Origin: Oopsacas minuta
Lineage: Eukaryota; Animalia; Porifera
Length of the DNA stretch: 64,000 nucleotides
Assembly (NCBI GenBank): GCA_024704765.1
Contig: JAKMXF010000255.1
Location: forward strand, 310,001 to 374,000
Reading direction: 5' to 3'
This document shows, one piece after another, positions 45,557-57,500 of this stretch; position 1 is the first letter of the stretch, and the number at the start of each line of letters is the position of its first letter. A program made the translations under genes and the position numbers. The notes under the pieces were generated by a model, which saw only the letters and a program-made list of their open reading frames with translations, did not search any database and was not told the origin of the DNA.

Positions 45557-48500
45557 TCAAGGGTCTCCATCAGGCCAGTTAGAACCCTTCCATAGCTTAA
45601 CATTTCCTACACTCCCAGCTGAGAGAAGACATGAATGTTCATCAAAGAAATCTATAGCATACACAACACTCTTATCAGTACCGTGTTGTAATGACGTCAC
45701 TATTTCTTGTGTCATTAAATCCCAAAAGTATATCTTACCCTCTTCAGAACCACTAACAACGTATGCGTCTGTAGGACTGAGAGCTATACCAACTTTATAA
45801 TCTTTGTTCTTGTGACCTAAAATAGTTAATGTGTGTAGAGATGTACACTGCACAATTATAACAACAAATATTATATCGTGAGATTTACATGACATGGATA
45901 ATGTAAGTGGTAGACATCGGAATTCCACAACTCTCATTCATTGGAATTTTATCACAGACATAAAATTTGATATTTGCGTGTATTTTGGTGACTGATGTAA
46001 CAAATGGGATAAACAACCTATATACGTATAACTAAAACTTAAAACCTAATTACAATATCTAGAAAGGAACATCTGTTCACTATAAGTCACAGGCCAAAGC
46101 AGTACATATCAGAAAGTTGTTGATACAGTTTCATCTTTTGCATAGAATGTCGGTATATCTTCTATTGGAGAGGTATTGATATCGAAATACAGTCGGAATA
46201 TTAGATCCTCATCTGACGTTTCAACATATGTTTCTCCAAAACATTCACTTTGAACGCCTATTTTCAAATTATAATCCAATGAGAAAACTGTAACATCAGA
46301 ATTGTTTGGTTTATTCTTGTTAATCGAAAGAATACGACATTCTGTAATAGTAGATCTGTTACATAATTTTCCATCATAATCACCTGGTATCCTCGTTATT
46401 TTGAATGATATGATCCGTTCGATGCAATCTACACAAGCAAATACCTGTAGTTTGTAACCTTGGACATAGAAATCGGGACCTATGATATCTAAATCAGATT
46501 GAGAATAAAATGGTTTATACAAATGCACTTCACAACCATCTAGGTCTTTCTTGCATTTAAGTTTCAGCTCCATTTCATCAAGTCTCATTCCTAGAAGTTC
46601 TACCTGCTCACGTAACATGTTAATATGCATTATATGCTGATCCTTGTTATGTTCTGGTAATTCCTCTCGTTTGATATAAGAGTCACTACATTCTGAATAT
46701 GAATTTCGAATAAAATGGCAGAATAGACGAAATTTCGGACACTCCTCGTTATGCTCTTCAATAATTTCTCTTTCCATAACTTCACCACATTCATTAGGAC
46801 AGTCTACCAAGAAATTTGGACATTCATCCAAATGTGTAGCTAAATCTCTTGCTAATCCAGTGCGTTGGCAATATTCACAAGATATGTTTCGCATTGAACA
46901 ATAGTAGGTTTCATGCATAGCAACATCTCCTCTTTCATTAACTTGGTTACATTCTAGACAAAGTTCGAGAAAATATTGGCATTCATGTAAGTGCATTTCA
47001 GCTTCAGACAAACTTCCCTTCCACTCACAACCTCTCAATAAAGGACATCGTATTTGCAGTTTGGAAATAGAGTCCCTGATTTTTACAAGAGAATTAGGAT
47101 TGGTCGATTTGGAACACCCTTTACAAGTTATGTTTGAAGAATCTAGTACAGCTTCTCGTATAATACCCTCATATATGGGACATATTACATAACTCCTCTC
47201 CAATTCTGTTAAGTTTACAATCAAATAATCTTCTTTATACCCACAGTACCTCAGAAAAGGTTTAACTACATAGAGTAGGTCATTGCTACTATCCGGTATT
47301 TCCTCATTAGACAATAAACATTTCGCCATATTTTAGAATTTTATGAAAACAGTAATTTGAATTAATATGATATCTGAGCATATTTAATCCACTAATAAAA
47401 GTGATGCCAAATGTCAGGCTGTTTAAATAGAGGCTATACATACTTGTAGGTGTTTGGTTACAGTTTAAAGTAGACTTCCAGAGGATCGTAAAGACACACA
47501 GCGTTATCAAATGTGTTCCAAACAAGGAATGTTTAAGAACACATAAATTTGGAAGGTAAATAAAACTCCCTCGATTCCTCCTATCAGGAATTCACCTAAC
47601 CTACAATACATTCTATCTCACCTTTGTACACACATAGTGTATCTCCATTAGTTTTATCCAAAAGTCTTATATTGCTGTCTAGAGCTGCTGCTAGAATACA
47701 GTGTCTATCATGAGAATGTTTAGCATGTGGTACAGGGTGGTTAATATTAAAGAGAGATAATTCTCCTGCTCTTATGTCATAGCAACGTATTGTACCGTCA
47801 ATACTTGAAGTTAGAATCTCATGATCTGTGATGTCTATGCTAGATACACTGTCTGTTGCTTCATCTAGTACCTAAACGATCAATTCCATAAAATTAATCA
47901 AGGGACCAGTACAACAAATTGGATGGTACAGAGAAATTCGGCAACGGGCATTTTTCTCCAAATACGTACAGTCGAAATCGGGTTATTTCGTCGTTTGGGA
48001 AGTGCAATCAAATGGATAAAACAACCGATTTCGACTGTACTTGTATTCAGAAAAGGTCACACCCTGGACAACTAAATTTTTTAAAATTTTGAGCACACAT
48101 CAGCTGGACGAATATTCTTTGAGATATAGCAATGCAAAGTGCTGATCCACAAATAATCGCGGTTAAATAATTCCTAAGAACACAATCTCGTTATATTCGA
48201 CTGTTCGCAATAATCTATAAGATTGCTGTTTATATATGAGACACTTTAACCACCAATTATATAATGAATAACAAGTAGTACAATATGATTAGTACACTAA
48301 AGAATTTATAGAACAAGTATCGTATAAAAATTATTAGATGAAACAAGATATACCTGTATGGGATCAATCGCCTTTGATCTACAATCCCAGATTCTAACTG
48401 TCTTATCATAAGAACCAGATATAGCTATAGAAGAGTCACTATTGAATAATACACAATTAACACGATGCTCATGACCTCTGAATTTGCGTAGAGGTTTTCC

Positions 48501-48779
48501 AGTAGATACGTCTGTAAGTAGAACAAGTTTATCAATTCCACAGCTGATTAGGGTAGCATTATCGTGTGAAGCTGCGGCACCTAACACCTCTTGGGTATGT
48601 CCGGAATATTTCTTAATAAGTTTAAGTTTATGTGGATTCCATAATGCCACCATTTTATCAGCTCCACACGTGAGACAGTAGTGTCCGTCTTTGTTGAAGG
48701 ATACAGCCCGCACTGGACCTTCATGTGCCCCGCTTAACTCTCCATGTAGACGAGATGGTATTTTGTCCTTGAATAGCAT
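45557..48779 (-). CDS. WDR83: WD repeat protein 83 (MORG1); exons 48779-48354, 47871-47622, 45816-45557
   Basis: HEGPVRAVSFNKDGHYCLTCGADK, SGSYDKTVRIWDCRSKAIDPIQ|VLDEATDSVSS, YK|GHKNKDYK join in frame. Confidence 0.92.
46109..47329 (-). CDS. TRAF-type zinc-finger protein (degenerate RING, TRAF fingers, coiled coil, divergent C-terminus), intronless, nested on the same strand in WDR83 intron 2
   Basis: CPLLRGCEWKG..HLHEC, CEYC..HLDECP, CPNECG..HNEECP finger repeats. Confidence 0.8.
   Translation of the reverse strand: MAKCLLSNEEIPDSSNDLLYVVKPFLRYCGYKEDYLIVNLTELERSYVICPIYEGIIREAVLDSSNITCKGCSKSTNPNSLVKIRDSISKLQIRCPLLRGCEWKGSLSEAEMHLHECQYFLELCLECNQVNERGDVAMHETYYCSMRNISCEYCQRTGLARDLATHLDECPNFLVDCPNECGEVMEREIIEEHNEECPKFRLFCHFIRNSYSECSDSYIKREELPEHNKDQHIMHINMLREQVELLGMRLDEMELKLKCKKDLDGCEVHLYKPFYSQSDLDIIGPDFYVQGYKLQVFACVDCIERIISFKITRIPGDYDGKLCNRSTITECRILSINKNKPNNSDVTVFSLDYNLKIGVQSECFGETYVETSDEDLIFRLYFDINTSPIEDIPTFYAKDETVSTTF
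47967..48039. mobile_element. Short TA-CAGT MITE, WDR83 intron 1
   Basis: TACAGTCGAAATCGG ... CCGATTTCGACTGTA perfect 15-bp TIR. Confidence 0.75.
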
Positions 48780-49310
48780 TCCCTTTTACCGTTACATACA
48801 TATACTTGGAACCTTTACAACAATACTTTGGAATTCAATGCTGATAATATAACTATTAGCTTGTAATACAAACCTCATTAGAACTACAAGTAATAGTATT
48901 CATAAAGATTCATAACAGTACGTACCAGTGTTCTTCTTGAAAGAAAGTAGATAATTACTACAATTACGACCAATATTTCATATTACACTACTTACTCTTT
49001 ACCAATGTCTATTAATATAATAAATAATTACAGCTGATACATCCAATTAAACAGAATACTCCTGCTATTTAGTAAAGTATTGAACACCACAGATCAATGA
49101 GTTTCAGATTTATTGTCTTTGCTTTCCACTAACCGTACAGGGTTCACGTTTGAAGAGACAGGACAGAGAAAACTTCAAAGGATCTCATTTACCAAACTCT
49201 TCTTTAATTGGTAGATAATCAAATGTAAATGATCAGATCCTCAATTTGCAATTATAACATAAGGACCTAGAACAATAATATATTAGGCACTATACGCCAC
49301 TTTATAGAGC

Positions 49311-49320
49311 TATATAAAAG
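49311..49320 (+). promoter_or_regulatory. TATA-box-like TATATAAAAG about 32 nt upstream of the GPCR ATG
   Basis: TATAWAAR match within the divergent WDR83/GPCR spacer. Confidence 0.45.
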
Positions 49321-49352
49321 AGCTATCGTTAATATATTCAAAAATAAACAAA

Positions 49353-52300
49353 ATGAATTGGATATATTTTGCGTGTGTTTGTTTAGCATATATTTCTGTT
49401 ACACAAGGAGGAAGTTCTAATTGTAGCAATAATGGCAATAAAACTGATATATTTTCAAGTTTCACTAGTGGAGTATCTGGTCATGTTATTTTCGCCACAC
49501 TTGTAATTCTAAATATTCTAATTCTGATCGGAAATCCAACTACAATTCTTGTAATTTTATTCAAAGAAAAGAAACCCTATGACATTCTAATTCTAGGGCT
49601 GGCAATGTTTGATACTCTAACCGGATTAATACCGTTACCAATCACAAACTATAACTATTTCTATTATTTGTATGTTAACAAGACTGTGGTAGACCAGTCA
49701 TACTTCATCAGTGGGGGTGAAGTGGGGTGTGCTCTGTATGGTTGGTCTGCTCTCACATTCAAATCTGGTGCTATGCTAATATTGACTATTATTCCATTTG
49801 AGAGGTAAGTGGAATCTAATATAATAATTCATGAAATAATGACACAATTAAATATATATATTAGCTAGAAATGTCTTATTTAAAATATTTCTTACAATGC
49901 AGTTTGCTCCTGAATCTTCAAATTAGCATTTGCAATTCTCTACACGCAAAAAGAAGTAGGAAATATTTGTAGATTTCTTAAGTGGAAATAACACAGTATA
50001 TATTTTATAAAAGAGATACAAAACAAGAAAAGGCGTGTATTGGTGTAACAACGTATAACGAAGCACACTATTATATCTTATTAATAAGACACATTGCCTT
50101 TTAAAAGTTTGCACATTGCATATTATTGCTAACCAAAATACTATTACGCTACGCCTGTAACCGTACACTGCCAGATAATGATATAATTGTTTAAGCACTT
50201 TGATAAATAGCAACCTATAATGCTAATTTCGAGTAGACTATATGTTGCTGAAACATAACTAGCGTAACATACGATGCTGGTTATTAAATTGCTAGTCTTT
50301 ATAGAAACGTTCGTTTAATATCTTTGTTCTCTACAGATTGTTAGCTATCAATTTTCCGTTTTGGTATAAAAAGAGTGTAAAGCTATGGAAGATCAGTTTG
50401 GTGCTAGTGGCTGCAATAATATTCTCAGCGTTCCACTCCCTACTACCTGCTATTCCTGGTATATCTGTTATGAAGCCTTACGGCACTCAGAAGTCTTACT
50501 GCCATTTTGAATATGATGAGCCAAATAATATTGGGTGAGTATTTTAGAATTTTTGGGAATTATAAATAATAGTAGAGTATATTTAACTTTTATCAATATA
50601 CTACCCTAGCTGATGTTCATGTAACAAAATGTAAATATGGGATATCAATGACATAATGAGTTTAATATCTCAAACATTGTATTGAAATCAATTTTATTGA
50701 TTACTATAGTAAGGACAAATTACGAGTATATAACTTCATTATGTTAATTAGAAGGCGTTCTGAGGTTGTATCGCAATCATTATGTTTCCCAATCACATCT
50801 AAGCTATATATATATATATACACATGATGTAATACAATTTATATTAAGAATTTACATACACCTGCCAGCCAAGTACATAGCTACAGTATAATACTAAGCA
50901 CTCGTGTAATATAAAATTACTACTGATTTGCTTAGATGGATATATGTTAAGGGTTTGATGTGGCCAGTTGTTAGTAGCAATTTACAGATGCAGACTAATT
51001 CTCTAATGTAGAGCTATCCCTTAGGGAGAATTAATATTTGATTAGTTATCTAACCTCAACATTACCATCTATAGCTCCACTAGGCATCCACTGGCTACTG
51101 TGTGTAACCACGTGCATTAGTTCAAAAGAAGTTGGAAATACACAATTTTAAGGATCGCTATATACCTGGAATAACAAATTTGTTGTGCCACTCAATTCAT
51201 GAGTGTATGATCTTGAGAATACAGTTAACTCCAGTTATATCGAAGCTCAAGGAACTGTGATAATTACTGCGATATAATGTATGTTGCTTTGGCAGTTTGG
51301 GTCCATATTTGTACAATTTCATATTTCGATATATCCGTGTTCGATATAGCGGGAGTTGACTGTAGTGACAATAACTGTCAATAAATGCGTATAGATAATA
51401 CAACCAAACTTGAGTAAAATAGTTATTTATAAGCTATATATCTTCAGGTCTGTTATCTACACATACTTCATACAAATATATGGATATGGCATGGTTCTAA
51501 CAGCTAGCTTCTGCTACACACTACTCATATGTAGTATCATACAGTTCTTAATAAGACGTAGACAATACACTACAAATAATAGTTCAAATAACAGCGAATG
51601 GGGAGTGACGAAGAAAAAAGAATTTTTATTATCGCTCAAGTTCATGTTGATACTCGTACTATTTAACATAGGATGGCTACCCTTTCTGGTAAGAATAATA
51701 TATTCATAAAATAGTTTCTAACCGAAATGAGTGATTTCAGATGGGGGATATTGCCAATTGACGTATCGGTTAATGAAAGGCTATTTTGACATACACATAC
51801 ACATGGTTATTCCCTCTTAATGTACAGTAGAGCTAGCTTATTAGCAACTCACTTAGTAGCAATATTTATTTATTTATTTATTTATTTATTAGCTCTCTGC
51901 TAATTGTGTTCACTTATTAGCAACTTCTCATAAACATAAGTTGCTAATAAGCAAACTTCACTGTAGTTGCCATCATCATCAAGGTATTTTAGAGTTGTGG
52001 TGTGTAGGCAATGTTTAGCAATTTGTTGATGGTTAAGTAGGAAGAGGGAGCAGCTACGTATAAGTTAATTATCTTCAATTCTAATGTAACCAGAAATTAT
52101 TATGTAAAATATCATTGTGGCTGAGTGAGAATTGACCACAGCAAATAATGAATTATTAATAGACAATAAATTTCTGTATTTAGGTCTCTCTAACCTTCAG
52201 AACAGTCCTACCTCGTTGTTCTGCGCATGAGGATGTACAATCTATTCTAGAATTCTTAGGTGTACGTATTGCTGTACTTAACTCTGTCATAAACCCAATA

Positions 52301-52965
52301 GTATATGTGCTATTGATGCAGAGTTATAGACAAGGTTACAAGGTATTATTCGGCACTTGTTGTCATTGGATAACCTGTAGGAAGTTCGCACTATTCAAAC
52401 CGAACAAAAACAATAAAGGTAAGAATTTGTTTAAAACTCGTAATTATTGAAATAATCACATGTTTTCAAATCAAATGATCAAATATGATATTATTAAATA
52501 TGAGCTTGAGATTGTGTAGTATTCAGCTGTAAATGTATGTGCTTGATCAACAAAGAAAAGTTCTGGGAATTTTAATTAAAATCAATTGCTAAATCTAGCA
52601 CAAATATTGAAACAATCAACACGCATGAATCAACTGACTGCTGACTTACCCAAGGCCAATGTAGTGGCGGCGGAAGCAATAGCTCATGACATGGCTTGAA
52701 TATTTAGAAAATGTTACAATATTTACCTATCCCTTTAGAGGAATATCTCTCTAAGGCGTTATACCAAAAGAGCAAAGAAGTAAGTCATACATATAGTTTC
52801 TATTCTGAATACAGAACTAGACAGAGGAGCCTGAACAACTCGAGAGAGAACGTATCTATCTTCAGGCAAGATTCTCTCCTCGCATCTCCCAGATATGTAG
52901 AGACAGGGTATAATTCAGGGAAAAACTCTGTCACATCAATTCCTCAAACAGACGTGAGTTTATGA
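49353..52965 (+). CDS. Rhodopsin-class GPCR; exons 49353-49804, 50337-50534, 51448-51688, 52184-52418, 52739-52965
   Basis: GN in TM1, LAxxD in TM2, FERL at the DRY position across a junction, GWLPF in TM6, NPIVY in TM7; N-terminal signal-like segment and NxS/T sites. Confidence 0.9.
51220..51364. mobile_element. MITE family A, GPCR intron 2
   Basis: TACAGTTAACTCCAGTTATATCGAA ... TTCGATATAGCGGGAGTTGACTGTA. Confidence 0.8.
51823..51965. mobile_element. MITE family C containing (TTTA)n, GPCR intron 3
   Basis: TACAGTAGAGCTAGCTTATTAGCAACT ... AGTTGCTAATAAGCAAACTTCACTGTA. Confidence 0.7.
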
Positions 52966-53037
52966 TACAGTGGAACCTCCACAAACTGGGTTCTCGGGAC
53001 ATCGAAGACGTTACCCTGTTTGTAGAGTTTCACTCTA
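52966..53037. mobile_element. MITE family B abutting the GPCR stop codon
   Basis: TACAGTGGAACCTCCACAAAC ... GTTTGTAGAGTTTCACTCTA. Confidence 0.65.
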
Positions 53038-53228
53038 ACTTACAGTTTTCATGAATTTTCTGAATCAATAGAAAATAAAATTACCCGAAGATCTAGTTAA
53101 TTTCCAAAAGCATACAGTATACAACTCATAATGGTAGTAGCCAACAAACATGAATATACAATTGTGTTCTTTCAAATAAGAATGCTTCTGATACATTTAA
53201 GTTAATCATACTACAAGTAAAATACAAC

Positions 53229-54161
53229 TTAATTAGCCACGAAGATAGTATTATTGTGTTGTATTTCGTATTTAGCGCATTTCTCTTTATACAATGCATT
53301 ATCTTTGGTACCAACTCTCATTTGATATTTGGTGTCTCTAAAATCCACATATGACAGAAATATAAGAGCAGTGAAGCAGATTATAAATATCCACTCTCCA
53401 GTAGCATCTGAGTTCATAGCTTCATTCCGCATTATTTGTTCACCTCCCATGAGTAACACATCTGTCTCAGATGCTTGCATTTTCCTCCAAATAGGTGTAG
53501 ATATTACCCTCACCAATAATCCAATAAGTGATATTACGATAAAGCAACATCGCATGAGTATGAACACAATCCTGACAATGGAAACCTTCTCTCTAGGTCG
53601 TTTCAGTACAACCATTGTAGCAATAATAACCTGTACCCCAAAGAATATACCAGTTAGTATCTGCATTGCAAAACTACCTCCGTGTCTTAAAAAATCAGCA
53701 GTTCGTACATGAGTTCTGTCTAGAAACGAAAAATGCACCATCATAGCTAGGAGCAGGATGAGTCCTATTATAAACTCGAAATAATTGAGTAGAATAAACA
53801 CATATTTCAACCAGGTGTATTTCCTGAACGGTAAGCTAGTCTTCTCATTTTGCTTGAACTTAATATACATAGTAAAGAAGATAGAGAATACTAAGGGATA
53901 AGATAGTACTTTAAATAATCCTCTCTCAGGATTTCTCTCTAGCAAATCTGATGGAGATAGGAATTTTCCATCCTCAAAATGTCCCATGTATCCTCCCAAT
54001 AAGAAGCAAATAGAATAATTACTGATATACAGGAGAGAAGCGAATATTGGATACAGTGCTATGTCTGATTTAGGTTGTAACCATTTCCAGCCATGTTTCA
54101 CTCTCGTTTTGAAATCCATGTCTGTAGCTACATCGAATAATTTCTTAGCTGGAACAGTCAT
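53229..54161 (-). CDS. Frag1/DRAM/TMEM150-family six-TM protein, intronless
   Basis: About six hydrophobic segments; HGG..FAM and ATGEWIFIICFTALIFLSYVDFR resemble the conserved last helices of this family. Confidence 0.6.
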   Translation of the reverse strand: MTVPAKKLFDVATDMDFKTRVKHGWKWLQPKSDIALYPIFASLLYISNYSICFLLGGYMGHFEDGKFLSPSDLLERNPERGLFKVLSYPLVFSIFFTMYIKFKQNEKTSLPFRKYTWLKYVFILLNYFEFIIGLILLLAMMVHFSFLDRTHVRTADFLRHGGSFAMQILTGIFFGVQVIIATMVVLKRPREKVSIVRIVFILMRCCFIVISLIGLLVRVISTPIWRKMQASETDVLLMGGEQIMRNEAMNSDATGEWIFIICFTALIFLSYVDFRDTKYQMRVGTKDNALYKEKCAKYEIQHNNTIFVAN

Positions 54162-54590
54162 TTGTGTTAGAAAAATTATTTTATGTTTGATTCGGTCAGA
54201 ACAGTTATAAGATATATTCAGCATAAAATGTAGGCAAGAAATAGCAACCAATAGGATTGAGGTATTATATCCAGACAGCTGTGATTATTATCACGAATAT
54301 TGTAATTTATTTGTTAGAATATTTTTGGTGTTAAGTCAGACGAACTTTGCGTAAATATTGTATGTGTTCAATAGCCCAGTATTGTCAACATCTGTTTACA
54401 TACCAAGGTTGGTAAATAAACATTTCTGAGTTCAATATTGGTTAGGATTCTTTGTAAATGACAGAAATTAAACTGTAAATGATTATACTTCTCGGCTCCA
54501 TAGAAATTAAATGTATGTCCTTCAAAACCAAAAGAATGTGTATGAATTTTGTAAAAATAACTATTCATTATATTTTTATAGACTTTTGGG

Positions 54591-57500
54591 ATGTTCCAGT
54601 TTATCCCAGGAGGTCGTAGAGATGTTACATCATACACCATAAGAGAGATGGATGAGCAAGCTATAGGAGAGCACCCAGCCGTTATGATGCCTGAGTCCCT
54701 CTCAGCATTCACCATTGCTTCTGAGTCTACTCTCAACTCAACACTACCAAGGGATGTCAATAGAGATGAAGTTGTTACCCCATTAAGGTGAGGGAATATC
54801 ACATACGTACTACTATAATATTTGAGATATCTAAGTAATACAGTCAACTGCTATCAGGCTTGAGGTCAATTACAATTGCACTATAATTGTAATTTGATTG
54901 TAATTGAAAATTTCAAGAGTCTTATAGTCGTAATCGATTTCCAATTTGGTGTAATGGTTCAATTATATTTCAATTACATTTTTGGTTTTTCATGGGTGTG
55001 AAATGTTCCAGTGAATTATAACATTCTGTGTGTTCGGGAACACACAATTCCAAACTTTGTGTATTCACGAACACACTAAGTTTGGAATTGTGTGTTCGTA
55101 AACACAAAGTTCCTGTAAATATCTACAGTGTAATTGGAGGGAAAAAATTGAAATGTAATTGTAATTGAACATTTTACCTGTCTTGTAATTGATTCGTAAT
55201 TGTAATTGAACAAATGTAATTGACCCCAACCCCGACTGCTATATCAAAGCTCAAGAGACAGCGAAAATTACCTCGATATAGCCCACGAAATTTATGTTAC
55301 TTTGACGGTTGGGGACCATATTGGTACTATTTAAGACTTTGATATAGGCGGTTATTTGGATATACCAGTGTTTGGTATAACGGGAGTTGACTGTACACAA
55401 ACTCTTAAAATTAAGAAGCCCCGAGTAATACACTTCACGCATACTTATACATACACCAAATTACCAATGAATTTCGGGAATTTTCATATCATTATCTACA
55501 TTGAATGGCAAAATACAATTCTATCATTATAGTGGTAATCACTGGTCCTACTTGTTTTACGTGAACGAAGCGGCACACGAAGAGCCTTCAGAAGGAACAT
55601 CAGACAGAGATAGTGTATACAGTGGTATTCCTGGATATAGTTACGTAGACTACGAAAAGAACACAGAATTGACAGCTATCACTTCACGATCAGAATCAGG
55701 ATACTTGACAATATCAAATGAAAATTATTCTAACCACAATAACGATCAGCTGTTAGAGCTAGGTAACATGGGAATAGATAAGGAATTAGCTGTAGAGATG
55801 TTTGCAAATCAATCGGTAGAACAACAAGATAGACCGTGTAGGATATCCAATACTGTTCCACACAGGTAAGGGTTAATAACAAATGTATTAGTTTGAGTCA
55901 ATTATACCCAAATAATACTGGAGAGTTTTGGACTTTAAACTTTACACAACTACACAATAACAATACTGTTTAGGACGAGTTTACCATTGGGTTTGTAACA
56001 TGAAATTGTGAAGAATGAATCAATAAAATATTTGTGTTATCATTTTAGTTATAAACCACAATGTATGCAGTCAGGGAATTTAGAAATGTATCCAAAGAGG
56101 AAACTAATAAGAACAACAGCTCATGAGCTGAGAGGAGAGATCAGAACTCCTCCACATCTTAGGATATTACAGCTGGAGGGCAGGCCTTATAGGAAGCCAG
56201 TTATTAGAGGACAATCAAATCCACTTGAGTAAGATACTTATTATACTTTACATAATGCGTGATTAAAATTCAAGCAAATAATTGTCGGCTGTCAAAAATT
56301 TCTATCAAAATTGCTGGCAACGGAAGTGTCCAAATTCCCACTCTGACAATTTGAGACCTGCCTCAAAATAACATAGAACCACATCCAACGGGCCTGGTCA
56401 CTTCCATAATTATTATACGTACTAAAAGATTATAAATATATTGATCACGCTTATATGTAGCTAGCTCAATGCATAGTTCAGTTACTTGGAGATTTTTAGG
56501 ATACTACTCGAGCAATTGCTTAAGTTCTCCATTGACGTATATTTCTCTGAATAATCAAAATATAATATTATTCCGTATGTGTATTTAGACCTCTTAGAGA
56601 AGTGAGGATGTTCGGGAATCATTATTGTGAATCAAACTTGTCTAACTCTACGTCTGTCCCTCTCAAACTATCAGATTTACATTCTCTTAAATTATCACAG
56701 AGTAGTAGCCAGCTTAACAAAGCTTCTCTTTCTCCACAGAATTCTATGAATGTATTTAGTCCTACTAACTTATCAGTAACTTCAGGTGAGACAAAAATGC
56801 AACACATGATTCATAAACCTGGCGTTCTATGATTATCAATTTTCAAAGTAGTAAATCGTATTACACTCAAACCAGCTGCTGTATTATTATCCATGTTCCA
56901 TATCCTTTAACGCTGCCAAATACAGTGTATTACCATTTGCCAATACAGTCAGCACCCGCTTTATCGAACATATACAGTACAAATATCATCCAAATTCGTA
57001 AAAATAACATAGAATCCATCGGGTTATATGGAACTCGGCTTATGTCGAAAAATTGTCGCGGTCTCTTTAGTTTCGATATAACGGGAATTGGAAGTTTATT
57101 ACGGACATTTTCTTTTGATAATTCTAACCAATCAAAATATTCACTCATAAATATCGGTCACACATAATGATATTATTAACATTACTTACTCATAATCATC
57201 ATGATTAATGTATTTCTCAGGTGACACAGGCTACGCAAGCACTAAGGCACCAGCTTCAGGAATATCACAACATTCTAAAGTTGTTAGAAACAGTAGTCTT
57301 AGACAATCATTCAGAAGTGGTGAGTAAATATATTTATATCTTCTGTTGATAATTGAGTGCTAAACAACATTTTCCATCCAAAAGCGAGCCTCTTATAATG
57401 TGGTAAATAAGTATATAACCTAATAGAGCAACAACAACCATATGCCATATATAGATATATAAACAAACAAACTAATAAACGTACCCAAAATTCTATAGAC

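Noticed and set aside
55027-55108. CRISPR-like or REP-like array
   Set aside because: There are only three units, the linkers are reverse complements rather than unique spacers, no cas genes are present, and the context is eukaryotic.
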